Of a stretch of DNA of 52,744 nt, positions 9,999 through 19,395 are shown piece after piece (within the stretch, counting starts at the first letter, position 1; each line of letters opens with the position of its first letter). The translations under genes were made by a program, and so were the position numbers. The DNA is taken from the NCBI GenBank assembly GCA_900767495.1, contig CAAFZH010000104.1, forward strand, positions 1-52,744, written 5' to 3'. Under the pieces are notes generated by a model that made no database searches, was not told where the DNA came from, and saw only the letters and a list, made by a program, of their open reading frames with translations. This stretch comes from Clostridia bacterium (GTDB lineage: Bacteria > Bacillota > Clostridia > Christensenellales > Borkfalkiaceae).

Positions 9999-12989
9999 TT
10001 ATCCGACTATAAGCGTATAACTTGCAACGCCGACGTTTCCCGCTTCGTCCGAACAATAAACGTAAACGGTATAAGTGCCTGCATACCTTGCGGCAAACTC
10101 CTCACCGACGAATATTACGGAATTTTGTTTTTTATCCGTAACTATAACGGTTACGCTTAATTTTTCCGCTGCGGTCAGATTATCCGAAACTGTATAATTG
10201 TCCAACCTGACTACGGTTAAAACTTTCATTGTAACCACGCTTTCTTTTATCGTAACGGTGGGTTTAACGGCGTCCTCCACGTTAATAACGCAAGGCAGAT
10301 TGGTTACGTTGCCGCTTTGATCCTCCGCCCTGTAATTTACCCTGTAATTGCCGTAAGCGTTTAAAGAAATCGTATATTTTTCGGTAGCGAGAACCGTACC
10401 GTCCAATCTTATCCCCTCGTCCGAAACGACGTAGTTATCGGAAGGATCGGTAACTTCTATCGTAAGTTTGCCGTATACGCTCGGCGAAATAACGTCGGTA
10501 TAGTATGCCGGTTCGAGAGTGATTTTCTCGTTCAGATCATATCTGCCCGACCTGTCCGTAAACGAAACAAGCGGTTCGATAACGTCGAAATAAGTAGTGG
10601 TAAAAGGCTGATTGTTTACCGTGGTTACTTCAAAGTAAGCCTCGCCGTTTATATCCTCGCAAATGACGTCGAGAAAGAACAAATCTTTCGTAAACGTGTT
10701 TTCGAGCGGTACTGCCGTATCGCCGGGTAAAATCAATTTTTTATTTGAATTATCGTAGCGCAAAGTCTTTATGGCGTTATCCGCAAAACTGCCCGAAGAC
10801 TTATACGTTTCTCCGTTCACGACCGCCCCGAGTCCGCCGATTATATTGTACAACTTAACGATAATCGCGTTATTGCTATCGTAACAATCGGTAAGCCTTA
10901 TGGTAAACGCTTTATAATACGCGCCCGTAGGAATAGTAAAGTCGAGCCTGAAATTACTGAACGACAAAGCGTTTATAAACTGCAACTCGCCGTTGCCGGA
11001 AGTGTTGTTCGCCGTATAACGAACCCTGTTGGCGGTGGAATCGGCGGTAAAATCGCCCTGAAAATAAGCCGACATATCAAACTTGCCGTTAAAGCCTACG
11101 TCCACTATTTTTATCTCGCCGCTTTCGATTACCTCGTTGCCGCTTACGTATTTTATTCTTGCCTTTTCGTTTCCCGTAACCTTAAAGGATTTTACGTCGG
11201 TTTTAACGTATTTGCCGTCGTCGTATTTCACGAAAAATTCCGTGGCGGCGTAATCGTTTTCCTTACCCGTAAACGCATAAGCCTTTAACTCGTCGAGGGA
11301 ATATTCCGCGCCTTTGATAAAATATCTCGGCGCGCTCGCCTTATCAAGAAACTTAACCGCGTCGGACGCAACACTCTCTACTTCATAAGAAAACTCGTAA
11401 GAATTGATATTATCGTAATAGCGATATTTTATTTCGTAAGTTCCCACTTTAAGCGGTAAAAATTCGCCGTTTTCTATTTTGGTTTCCTCGCCGCCGTACA
11501 CCGCGCTTATATCAACCGTAACTTCGCCGTTTAAGCCGTTTACGGCGTATTCGGGCAGAGTTACCGCGTAACCCGCTTTAAGTCGGGATAATTTATCCAC
11601 GGAAAAATCTATCGCCTTGCCGCTTTGGGTCTGCATGCAGTTTACGGTTACGGTTTTTACCGTCTGATTGCCGTAAAAGTCCGCGGCGGTATAAACGATA
11701 GTATACGCGCCCGGGCGCTTGGCAACGAATTTGCCGTCTTTAACGAAAACGATACTTCTTTTGCTCGACTCGTAGTTGAAATAAACCGACGCGGAAACCG
11801 TCGCTTTGCTTACGTCGGTCGCGGTCGCTTCGAATATCGGAATAGTTTCGCCTTTCGCGCAATAAACTATTCCCGACTCCGGCACGCGTTCGTCTATACT
11901 TAAAACGGGGGCGGTTTCGTCCTTATAATCGGTAACAGTCAGACCTTCCGAAGAAACGCCGCATATTTGCGAAATCTCAATTCTCGCCGCACTCTCGTTA
12001 TAGTTTTCGGCGTAAACGGAAAGATATACCTCGCCCGTAGTAAAGCCGCCGAACGTGTTTTTGCCGTAAATATCCGCGTTACAAAGTTGAGTTACTCTTA
12101 CATAGTCGCCCGAACGATTGGTTATATAAACGTCGCCGGTTAAAGCGTTATAACGCCAGGTAAAGCCTGCGGGAGCGGTCGCGCCGCTCGAATGACCCAA
12201 TACCGCGCCGTATCTCGAAGTGGCGGCATACCATTCTTCGCCGTCGATATAGATCGGCGTACCCGTTGCGGAAACTCTCGGATTTTTGTTAAGACCGGAT
12301 AACGCCTGTCCGCTCGCACCCGCCCTCGCGTGTACCGACGATTTCGCCTCGTACCAGAGTAAAAAGTCGATATAAACCGAGGAGTCGTAACAATCGGTAA
12401 GTCTTACGACTATGTTACCCACGTCCGCCGCGTCGGGTAATTGAGGCGTATAGAGCGTTATAAAGCCGTTTTCGCCGAAATCGTTTACGTTGACGGGGAC
12501 GTTATAACCGAACGTATCTCCACTTGCAAGCGATATTTTTATACCGTTCGTCTTGCCTGTTGCCTTTGCAAATTCCGAGGTGAGTTCTGCGTATTCGGCG
12601 GAAGAATATTCCGACGAAACCCCGAAATTTTTGTTTATAACCGAAAAACTTTTTTCCGCGCTCAGAATTAAATTCCGAGTTTTCAATGAGTAAACCGCCT
12701 TATACTCCCCGTATAAATCGAGCGTGTAAGTTTGCTTGCCGTAAGCGTTTCCGTCGGGATAGACGAGCGCGCTTTCGGTAAGTTCGTACTCCTCCCCGTC
12801 GTAAGACACTTTTACTTCCGACGGCAACGATATTTCCTGGTTAAGGTAATATTCGTCTTTTATTTCGTTCTCGGGGAAAGCCACTTTCGCCGCCATAACC
12901 TTATTGTCGGGTTTAAACGCTATAAACGCGCCCGCCGCCAAGGCAAAAACGGAAAGCAGTATTACGATTGCTTTTCTTTTTACTTTCAT
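9999..12989 (-). CDS. 996-aa secreted or membrane-anchored surface protein with repeated lectin-like and Ig-like domains
   Basis: N-terminal signal/anchor MKVKRKAIVILLSVFALAAGAFIAF. Two paralogous segments carry (V/I)RLTDCYDS. The C-terminal Ig/HYR-like repeats resemble each other (ADFYGNQTVKTVTV, AEDQSGNVTNLPCVINV, CSDEAGNVGVASYTLIV). Confidence 0.6.
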   Translation of the reverse strand: MKVKRKAIVILLSVFALAAGAFIAFKPDNKVMAAKVAFPENEIKDEYYLNQEISLPSEVKVSYDGEEYELTESALVYPDGNAYGKQTYTLDLYGEYKAVYSLKTRNLILSAEKSFSVINKNFGVSSEYSSAEYAELTSEFAKATGKTNGIKISLASGDTFGYNVPVNVNDFGENGFITLYTPQLPDAADVGNIVVRLTDCYDSSVYIDFLLWYEAKSSVHARAGASGQALSGLNKNPRVSATGTPIYIDGEEWYAATSRYGAVLGHSSGATAPAGFTWRYNALTGDVYITNRSGDYVRVTQLCNADIYGKNTFGGFTTGEVYLSVYAENYNESAARIEISQICGVSSEGLTVTDYKDETAPVLSIDERVPESGIVYCAKGETIPIFEATATDVSKATVSASVYFNYESSKRSIVFVKDGKFVAKRPGAYTIVYTAADFYGNQTVKTVTVNCMQTQSGKAIDFSVDKLSRLKAGYAVTLPEYAVNGLNGEVTVDISAVYGGEETKIENGEFLPLKVGTYEIKYRYYDNINSYEFSYEVESVASDAVKFLDKASAPRYFIKGAEYSLDELKAYAFTGKENDYAATEFFVKYDDGKYVKTDVKSFKVTGNEKARIKYVSGNEVIESGEIKIVDVGFNGKFDMSAYFQGDFTADSTANRVRYTANNTSGNGELQFINALSFSNFRLDFTIPTGAYYKAFTIRLTDCYDSNNAIIVKLYNIIGGLGAVVNGETYKSSGSFADNAIKTLRYDNSNKKLILPGDTAVPLENTFTKDLFFLDVICEDINGEAYFEVTTVNNQPFTTTYFDVIEPLVSFTDRSGRYDLNEKITLEPAYYTDVISPSVYGKLTIEVTDPSDNYVVSDEGIRLDGTVLATEKYTISLNAYGNYRVNYRAEDQSGNVTNLPCVINVEDAVKPTVTIKESVVTMKVLTVVRLDNYTVSDNLTAAEKLSVTVIVTDKKQNSVIFVGEEFAARYAGTYTVYVYCSDEAGNVGVASYTLIVG

Positions 12990-13011
12990 CTTTTAATCTC
13001 CTGCCAACAGG

Positions 13012-13986
13012 TCAGCCTTTTATACCGCCCATGGATATGTCGCCTACGAGTTTTTTATTGAACACGCAATAAATTACGAGTATCGGCATGGCAAGCATAA
13101 GGCAAGCCGCTATTTCTACGGGGTGTTTGCCTTTCACCGCCACGTCCAACCCGGGCGCGTTTACCGTCGAAAACAGATATACGACGTAAGCGAGCGTGGG
13201 CTTGGTGGGCAAATACAACAAAGGAGTCTGATAATCGTTCCATAAGTTTATAAACTGAATTAAAAACACAGAGCCTATGACGTTTGCGGAAAGCGGAACG
13301 ATTATTCTTACCAGAATATCGAGTTGAGACGCTCCGTCTATTTCCGCCGCCTCCGCATAAGCGTCGTGCATGCCTTGGTAAAAGGCTAAAAACACGAAGA
13401 AATACATACCCGAAAAATGGAATTTTTGTATCCAGTTGCCTATAAAGGTATCGTACAGCCCCGCCCACCGTAAAAACGAAAGTTCGGACGGATAGTTGCC
13501 TACTATGGGTATCATCATAAACAGCAAATATATCGTAATCTGAATTTTGCTGAATTTAAACTTGTATTTTGCGCACATATAGCCGCCTACGGCAGGCACG
13601 AAGGCTAAGATAAAACTGCCCACGCCCACGTAAAGCAGCGTATACCAAAGGTAAGTCAAAAACGAAACCGTCTGACCGTTTCCGCCCAGAGTATGCGCGA
13701 CTTTGGTAGTACCCGAATAGTATGCGGTAGAATATTGCAAAGTACCCATATATTTGAAAACGGTGGTAAAGTTTGCAAGGCGCAAAGTTTCGTTTTTACT
13801 GAATTCCATATTCGGCAAGCCGATATAGTTAGCCATAAACTCGAAGTCTATATCGCTTTTGAGCGAAGTGAGCAACCCCCACGCAAGGACGAGCAAAATC
13901 GAGGCGGCGTAAAGGAACAAAACTATAAAGGTTATTATAATAACCGGATGTTTATTAAGTTGATTTTTAGTTTCCGACCTTTTCAT
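13012..13986 (-). CDS. carbohydrate ABC transporter permease (LplC/YtcP-like)
   Basis: Multi-TM protein with a binding-protein-dependent permease signature region (EAAEIDGASQLDILVRIIVPL). It is adjacent to a second permease and a large solute-binding lipoprotein. Confidence 0.85.
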   Translation of the reverse strand: MKRSETKNQLNKHPVIIITFIVLFLYAASILLVLAWGLLTSLKSDIDFEFMANYIGLPNMEFSKNETLRLANFTTVFKYMGTLQYSTAYYSGTTKVAHTLGGNGQTVSFLTYLWYTLLYVGVGSFILAFVPAVGGYMCAKYKFKFSKIQITIYLLFMMIPIVGNYPSELSFLRWAGLYDTFIGNWIQKFHFSGMYFFVFLAFYQGMHDAYAEAAEIDGASQLDILVRIIVPLSANVIGSVFLIQFINLWNDYQTPLLYLPTKPTLAYVVYLFSTVNAPGLDVAVKGKHPVEIAACLMLAMPILVIYCVFNKKLVGDISMGGIKG

Positions 13987-13992
13987 TTGCTT

Positions 13993-14970
13993 TTAATCCT
14001 CGCTCGGTCCGTACTTGTCGAACAGTTTTCTTACGATAAACGTTACGGGCGCAACGAACAACGTAAGTATAAGCCCCAGCGCGGCAAGTTGCGGATAGTT
14101 AAGATATCCGCTCGTCGCACCCACGTTGATATAGTCCGCTCTCGACGCCGCTTTATAAAGATAATATCCCATGGTTTCGAGCGCGGCGGGTGCTTCGTAA
14201 GCGTAAAACGTATACAAATTCATCTGATTGGTAAAAATGCCCGTCATACCGAGAATTATAAACGTGGAAACGGTAGTGAAAATCATCGGTACGGAGATAT
14301 AGAAAAATTCCTGCATCGGGGTCGCGCCGTCCAGTTGCGCCGACTCTACCACCGAGGAATTTATCCCGCTCATCGCACCCGTAAACATAAGCACGTTCAC
14401 TCCGAACGAAACCCACACGTTGAAAAACAAAACCGAAATATAGGTTTGGTTCATATTTTCCGAAAGGGGTACGAGCAGTTGCGGCATTCCTTTGAATATC
14501 GCGGGCATCGCGTAATTCATCACGTTTTTAAAAAGCAACGCGAAAATCATTGGCGAAACGATATTCGGCATATAAAGTATCACTTTATAAAAACCCGAAA
14601 ACCTGCACTTTTTGCAAAGGTAAAACGAAAAGATTAACGCAAGCGGAATGGTAATAAACATATTAGTCGCAAACAAAAGCGACGAATTTAATATCATTTT
14701 GCCCGACGAGATAAAAAATTTCCACGCAGTAGAAAAATTCTGAAAACCCGCAAATTGCCTTATTATTCCGTCCGTGCCGTCGGTGCGGTAAGTATAAAGT
14801 TCAAACGCCATTTTTACGGAATTGAAATTTATATAAAACGTAAATATGCAAAATTGCAAAACGGGCAACGCGCAGATAAGCGTGTAAAATATTACGCGCT
14901 TACCCGTCCTCGTTTTAAAATAATTTATACCGCCGTTTTTCGTCGACTGAGTATCGTTCATCGTCTTCAT
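13993..14970 (-). CDS. carbohydrate ABC transporter permease (LplB/YteP-like)
   Basis: Multi-TM protein with the EAA-type loop ESAQLDGATPMQEFFYISVPM. It is tightly packed in the operon: the gap to the upstream gene is 4 nt and to the downstream gene 6 nt. Confidence 0.85.
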   Translation of the reverse strand: MKTMNDTQSTKNGGINYFKTRTGKRVIFYTLICALPVLQFCIFTFYINFNSVKMAFELYTYRTDGTDGIIRQFAGFQNFSTAWKFFISSGKMILNSSLLFATNMFITIPLALIFSFYLCKKCRFSGFYKVILYMPNIVSPMIFALLFKNVMNYAMPAIFKGMPQLLVPLSENMNQTYISVLFFNVWVSFGVNVLMFTGAMSGINSSVVESAQLDGATPMQEFFYISVPMIFTTVSTFIILGMTGIFTNQMNLYTFYAYEAPAALETMGYYLYKAASRADYINVGATSGYLNYPQLAALGLILTLFVAPVTFIVRKLFDKYGPSED

Positions 14971-14974
14971 CTCG

Positions 14975-16708
14975 TTATTTAGTCAAAGTAGCCCAGTAAG
15001 TAGAAGTAAATCTTGTAGCGTTAAACACGCTTACCGCGTTTTCGCCCTCGTAATACGCAACGAGGTAACCGTCGTAACGGTCGTTTCCGTTGTTTTTTAA
15101 CTTCGGACCTAAGGTTTGCATCGAACCGAGTTCTATTTTAAGCACGCCTCTGTTATATTTAAACGTGTTGTTATCGCCCGTAAACAGCATTACGTCGCTG
15201 TTTTTGCGCAGTTTAAGCAAGTCGCTGTAAAACACCGAATTTACTTTGCTTTCGTCTACGGAATAATCTATGGGGCGCATACTGCCGGTAGTTTCGGTAA
15301 AGAGTTGCAGTTCTTCTTGCGAGTAGCAGAATTTTACGAAATCTATGCTCGCCTGCTTTAATTCCTCGTTATCCTTGATATTGTTGTTTATATAGCAAAC
15401 GCCCATACCCGTATCTATAAGGGTGTTCTTTCTGCCGTTGCCTTCGGTTACGGTAGTATTAAGCGAAGTCGGCAAAGGCATCCACTTTACTTTTCTATCG
15501 TTTACGTCTTTTTTGGTAAGCGCATGATATTTAGCGGTATTGCCCGCCATATCGCTTTCCACGTACCAGTAGGAACCGTCTATAAACATACCCTTTCTGC
15601 TGCTGTTAGGCACGCCCGAACCGCCGAGAAGAGTATTAAGTTGGCTTTGGTTGTGGTTAATGGCTTTACCGTCGGAGAACGGCATATAACCCTCTTTATA
15701 GATTATTTCGAGAAACGCCGCGGCGTAATATTTAGCAGCCATATCGTTGCTGCGATAGCCGTTCGCCTCGGTTATGCTCACCTTTTCGGTAACGGGTTTT
15801 TTAAGGTAATCTATCCCCGGGAACAAATTCTCGTTAGTAAACGTAAGATTACCGCTGTCGTCGAGTTTAACGACTTCCGCCTCGCTCCCGTCAAAGGTAT
15901 AACAGGTTTTCATCGCGTCGTAACCCGCAAGCGACGCCCAGAGCCCCGCTATGAGATATTTGGAATACCCCGGGTACAAACTCGACATATAAATGGGGTC
16001 TTTTACGCCGTTGTTTTTAAGATATGCGCAAAGAATGAGCATTTCCTGCAAAGAACTCGGTAAACCGTCGTCCTCGTTACCTGATACGCCGTCCGGTCCG
16101 CAAGATTTTTTCGCGCCCGATTTACCCACGAAAGTTGCCGTGCCGAATTTACCGCTGTCGTATTCCAGTCCGCTTTCGCCGGGAGCGGCAAAATACGCTC
16201 CGCAAAAATCAAACGTTTCCTGATCGTAGGACATACCCGAATAGAATTCCCAACCGGGCAACACGTAATACTTATTATCGTTGCCTTTAAGCGCGGGGAG
16301 CATCTCGGGTTTAATGCGACTTTCCAAAGTTTTTCCGTTTTCTTCGGTCTGAAGAACTTCGGTAAGATCCATTAAAAGTCCGCTCTGCATAAGGTTGTAA
16401 GTATCTACCCTTTCGATAAAGTACACGTTATACGCGGCGGAAGCCATTGCGGCAGTACCCAGACCGTTACCGGGGGTAATGTTTATCTTTACGCCCTTTT
16501 TACCGTTTGCGTAAGAATGATCCGCCATTTTAGCGGTGAAACGGTCGGCGGCGTTTTTAAGCCACACGCTGCCTACGCCTCCGTTATGTACGGCGACTTC
16601 CAGCACGGTTATTCCGCCGTCGGACTTGTTACCGCCGCCGCAAGCCGTAAAGGACAAAGCGGTTACCGCACACAGTGTAAGAGATAAAATTTTCTTCCAG
16701 ATTTTCAT
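14975..16708 (-). CDS. large extracellular solute-binding lipoprotein (LplA-like)
   Basis: Start at ATG 16708 (MKIWKKILSLTLCAVTALSFTACGGG, with lipobox), preceded by AGGAGA. The ~577-aa size and the position upstream of the two permeases are typical of LplABC-type sugar importers. No ATPase gene is in the locus. Confidence 0.8.
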   Translation of the reverse strand: MKIWKKILSLTLCAVTALSFTACGGGNKSDGGITVLEVAVHNGGVGSVWLKNAADRFTAKMADHSYANGKKGVKINITPGNGLGTAAMASAAYNVYFIERVDTYNLMQSGLLMDLTEVLQTEENGKTLESRIKPEMLPALKGNDNKYYVLPGWEFYSGMSYDQETFDFCGAYFAAPGESGLEYDSGKFGTATFVGKSGAKKSCGPDGVSGNEDDGLPSSLQEMLILCAYLKNNGVKDPIYMSSLYPGYSKYLIAGLWASLAGYDAMKTCYTFDGSEAEVVKLDDSGNLTFTNENLFPGIDYLKKPVTEKVSITEANGYRSNDMAAKYYAAAFLEIIYKEGYMPFSDGKAINHNQSQLNTLLGGSGVPNSSRKGMFIDGSYWYVESDMAGNTAKYHALTKKDVNDRKVKWMPLPTSLNTTVTEGNGRKNTLIDTGMGVCYINNNIKDNEELKQASIDFVKFCYSQEELQLFTETTGSMRPIDYSVDESKVNSVFYSDLLKLRKNSDVMLFTGDNNTFKYNRGVLKIELGSMQTLGPKLKNNGNDRYDGYLVAYYEGENAVSVFNATRFTSTYWATLTK

Positions 16709-16777
16709 AAAGCAATCTCCTGTCGAGTTTATATAAATCATATCGGATTTTTTCGTCCGATAGAAATTTTTCGTTTG

Positions 16778-19354
16778 TCATATCGTAATCGAGTTTATTT
16801 CGTCAAGCAAGGTCTTAATATCGTTAAATTCGCTTGCCGCCGTTATGCCCGTTTCGCTTACTATCGCGAAGAATTTGGTCCTTATACTTTCGTATCTTTC
16901 TTTCTGATTCTTTTTAATTCCGTCAATGCCGACGAGCGCGACTTTTGCGGGCGAAAGCCATTCGAGGTCTATCCTGCGTTTTATCGCGGCATAGAGTTCG
17001 GGGTCGGCGGTTTCGTATTTCGCAATTACGGCGTAGGCGTCGTCTAAAATAGTAAGTAACCCGTTTACGTCGGAGTAAGTGTATTTCGTACCTATATACT
17101 TTGCCTCGCTGCCGAGCGCAAGATCTTTTATCGCCCGCTCGCCGAAAATTCTTCTTTGTTCGTCGAACAATTTTCTCATGGCGGGCGCGGCGTCTTTATA
17201 CATAGCGGACATATAATCGTTTATAACGTCGTCTGTATTAAGCGCGCTGTTCGCGGCGAGTTTTGCGGTAACGTACTGATTGAGCGAGTAAAACGCCGTA
17301 TAAGCGTTGCGTTGCCTGCTCTGCTGCTGAACGTAGCAAAGTCCGTAGCCGTAGTCCTTTAAATACTTGAATATTTCGCCGTAAAAGGTATATGAATCGT
17401 AAAACGCGAAATAATCTCTATAAAAGTTGCCGTAAGTCCACGCCCAGGCGTTGCCGCCGTTATATATAGCAAATTCTCCCCATTGTTTTGCCCAATTTAA
17501 TATTTCGCCGTTGGAAAGAGTGCCTAAGTAAGCGTGAGTTCTCTCGGTAATATCGGTCGGTAACGTTGCGTGGTTCATTTCGCTTAACGCGACTAACGGA
17601 ACTATTTTGTTTTTTACGCGCGGCATTACGGAAGGCGCTTTAAGCATTGTCTGATACGCAAAGAACGTATACTGCAAATCGCGTGCATATTGCGAATTTT
17701 GTATCATCCACTCTTCAACCTTGCTCGCCACGTCGTCTAAAAAGAGTATAACCGTAGCCGACAGCGCGCCGTATTTTTTTATTACCTCTTGGCAAGCCGA
17801 ACATTTGCAAGTGTAGTAGTTGTCCTCCATTCCGAGCATAACCGAGTCGTAAGTTGTATTATAACTGTATTTTTCAAGCGAATTTTCTATTCTCTCGGCG
17901 CAAAGTCTTACCATTTCGGCGTAATCGGAAGAATTTCCGCGCGCCGTATAACAAAGTTGCGCGTTTATTCCGCCCCAGGTATTAGGTTTCCAGTTGGATT
18001 GATCGGAATAAAAATTCGGGTGAGACGCTCTGTACGTATCCGGCGGCAGATAATAAAACGCGTTGTGTCCGTAATCGGTTTTACTCTCGTCGTCCGCCTT
18101 TACTATGGGCATTAGATGCGCCCAGATATAATCGTTTATCTGTAAATGGTCGGCATAAGCGGAAAATTTCTCATCCGACCCCAGCACTATCCCCGTTTGC
18201 GCACGCAAATTTATATCGGGGTTGAAAATTTCGTCGTAGTCGGGGCGGACAATTTCGCTCGCACCGTTTACCGTGTAACAATCTTCGGAATAAAATTCCA
18301 ATCCGAAAAGGTCTTTCAGCAGCCCGTAAACGCCTTGTAAAACGCCTTTATCCGAGCCGCCCGCTATATATACGTTTTTATCTTTGGTTTGCAGCCGATA
18401 TCCGTTGTTTTTAAGGTTGACTTCGCCGAGGTTTGCCGAGCCGCAGAGCGTAGTGTTGCCGAGCGACAAATATGCCTGAGTTTTTCCGTGTATCATATCG
18501 GCGGAATCGTATATTGTATCGAGCGTTACGCCCGTAGCCTCGGCAAAATATTTTACGAGTTCGTCCGCCGCCTTAGTAAGCGTAGCGGAAGATTTTTGCG
18601 GCAAAACTATTTTATAATCGCTGTTATCGTTTTTTAAAAGATATTCGCCGTAATCGCCAGACCGTAAACTTATTCCGCTTAAAACGGTTTCGCCGTTTTG
18701 GGCGGTCGCACCTTTATAAACGAAGACCGCAGAGCCTTTATGTCCCACCTCGCCGAGCGAAGAATTTTCGCCGAGCGTAACCGTGCAATCCGTAAAAGAA
18801 GAATTAACTAACCCCGCCTTTACGTTGCCGCCGTCGCCGCCCGATAAGGACTGAACTGCGCCGTTTATTTTAAATTCCGTATTTACAAACGTACAGTCTA
18901 TCATTCCGTCGTGCGTAAGCGCGCCGTAACGCGTACCGCTCGTATGATTTGCGCCGTTTATTACTATCGTAACGTTTTCTACTCGGGCTTTATTTGCAAC
19001 CGACCCTAACAAAATGTTGGAATTCCAACCGGGGGCTAAACCCGAATTGTTTACTATATTCAAATTTTTTACGACCGAGTCGTTACCCAGAACGCCAAAA
19101 ATTCCTACGCCCGTTTTACAACCGTTTGCAATAGTGAGGGTATGCCCTCTTCCGTCTAAAACACCTTTAAACCCTACCGAACCGTCTAACGCTTTAGCGG
19201 GTTTCACGGTCGTTCCTAACGCGGTTGCGGAAATATCGCCGTCTAAAACGAAATATCCGTCTATCGCCTCGGTATTGGTTTTATAGATTAAATATTTTTG
19301 CCAGTCGCTTTCGGTTTTTATAATCGCCGTCGCAATCGTCGCGGGGACGGTCAA
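16778..19354 (-). CDS. C-terminal ~870 aa of a frameshift-split surface protein: GLUG-like module plus DUF4838-like domain
   Basis: The ORF has no signal peptide and only a TTG start. Its frame stays open upstream right up to the A9 tract. Motifs: SDWQKYLIYKTN..YFVLDGDI..FKGVLDGRGHTL..GIFGVLGNDSVVKNLNIV, then DYKIVLP..KAADELVKYFAEATGV..NVYIAGGSDKGVLQGVYGLL and MEDNYYTCKCSACQEVIKKYGALSATVILFLDDV. Confidence 0.7.
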   Translation of the reverse strand: MTVPATIATAIIKTESDWQKYLIYKTNTEAIDGYFVLDGDISATALGTTVKPAKALDGSVGFKGVLDGRGHTLTIANGCKTGVGIFGVLGNDSVVKNLNIVNNSGLAPGWNSNILLGSVANKARVENVTIVINGANHTSGTRYGALTHDGMIDCTFVNTEFKINGAVQSLSGGDGGNVKAGLVNSSFTDCTVTLGENSSLGEVGHKGSAVFVYKGATAQNGETVLSGISLRSGDYGEYLLKNDNSDYKIVLPQKSSATLTKAADELVKYFAEATGVTLDTIYDSADMIHGKTQAYLSLGNTTLCGSANLGEVNLKNNGYRLQTKDKNVYIAGGSDKGVLQGVYGLLKDLFGLEFYSEDCYTVNGASEIVRPDYDEIFNPDINLRAQTGIVLGSDEKFSAYADHLQINDYIWAHLMPIVKADDESKTDYGHNAFYYLPPDTYRASHPNFYSDQSNWKPNTWGGINAQLCYTARGNSSDYAEMVRLCAERIENSLEKYSYNTTYDSVMLGMEDNYYTCKCSACQEVIKKYGALSATVILFLDDVASKVEEWMIQNSQYARDLQYTFFAYQTMLKAPSVMPRVKNKIVPLVALSEMNHATLPTDITERTHAYLGTLSNGEILNWAKQWGEFAIYNGGNAWAWTYGNFYRDYFAFYDSYTFYGEIFKYLKDYGYGLCYVQQQSRQRNAYTAFYSLNQYVTAKLAANSALNTDDVINDYMSAMYKDAAPAMRKLFDEQRRIFGERAIKDLALGSEAKYIGTKYTYSDVNGLLTILDDAYAVIAKYETADPELYAAIKRRIDLEWLSPAKVALVGIDGIKKNQKERYESIRTKFFAIVSETGITAASEFNDIKTLLDEINSITI

Positions 19355-19395
19355 CTTAACGTAATCCGTCCCCTTGTACGCTTTAACGATTATAT

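Noticed and set aside
13693-14637. 314-aa plus-strand ORF, together with many similar 60-190-aa ORFs in the track (for example 5192-5740, 15524-16063, 19567-20097, 25200-25787, 26759-27307, 43495-44034 and 51756-52280).
   Set aside because: Each lies antisense to, or out of frame within, a well-supported gene. They have Arg/Lys/Phe-rich low-complexity translations, no RBS and no recognisable motif. They are shadow ORFs.
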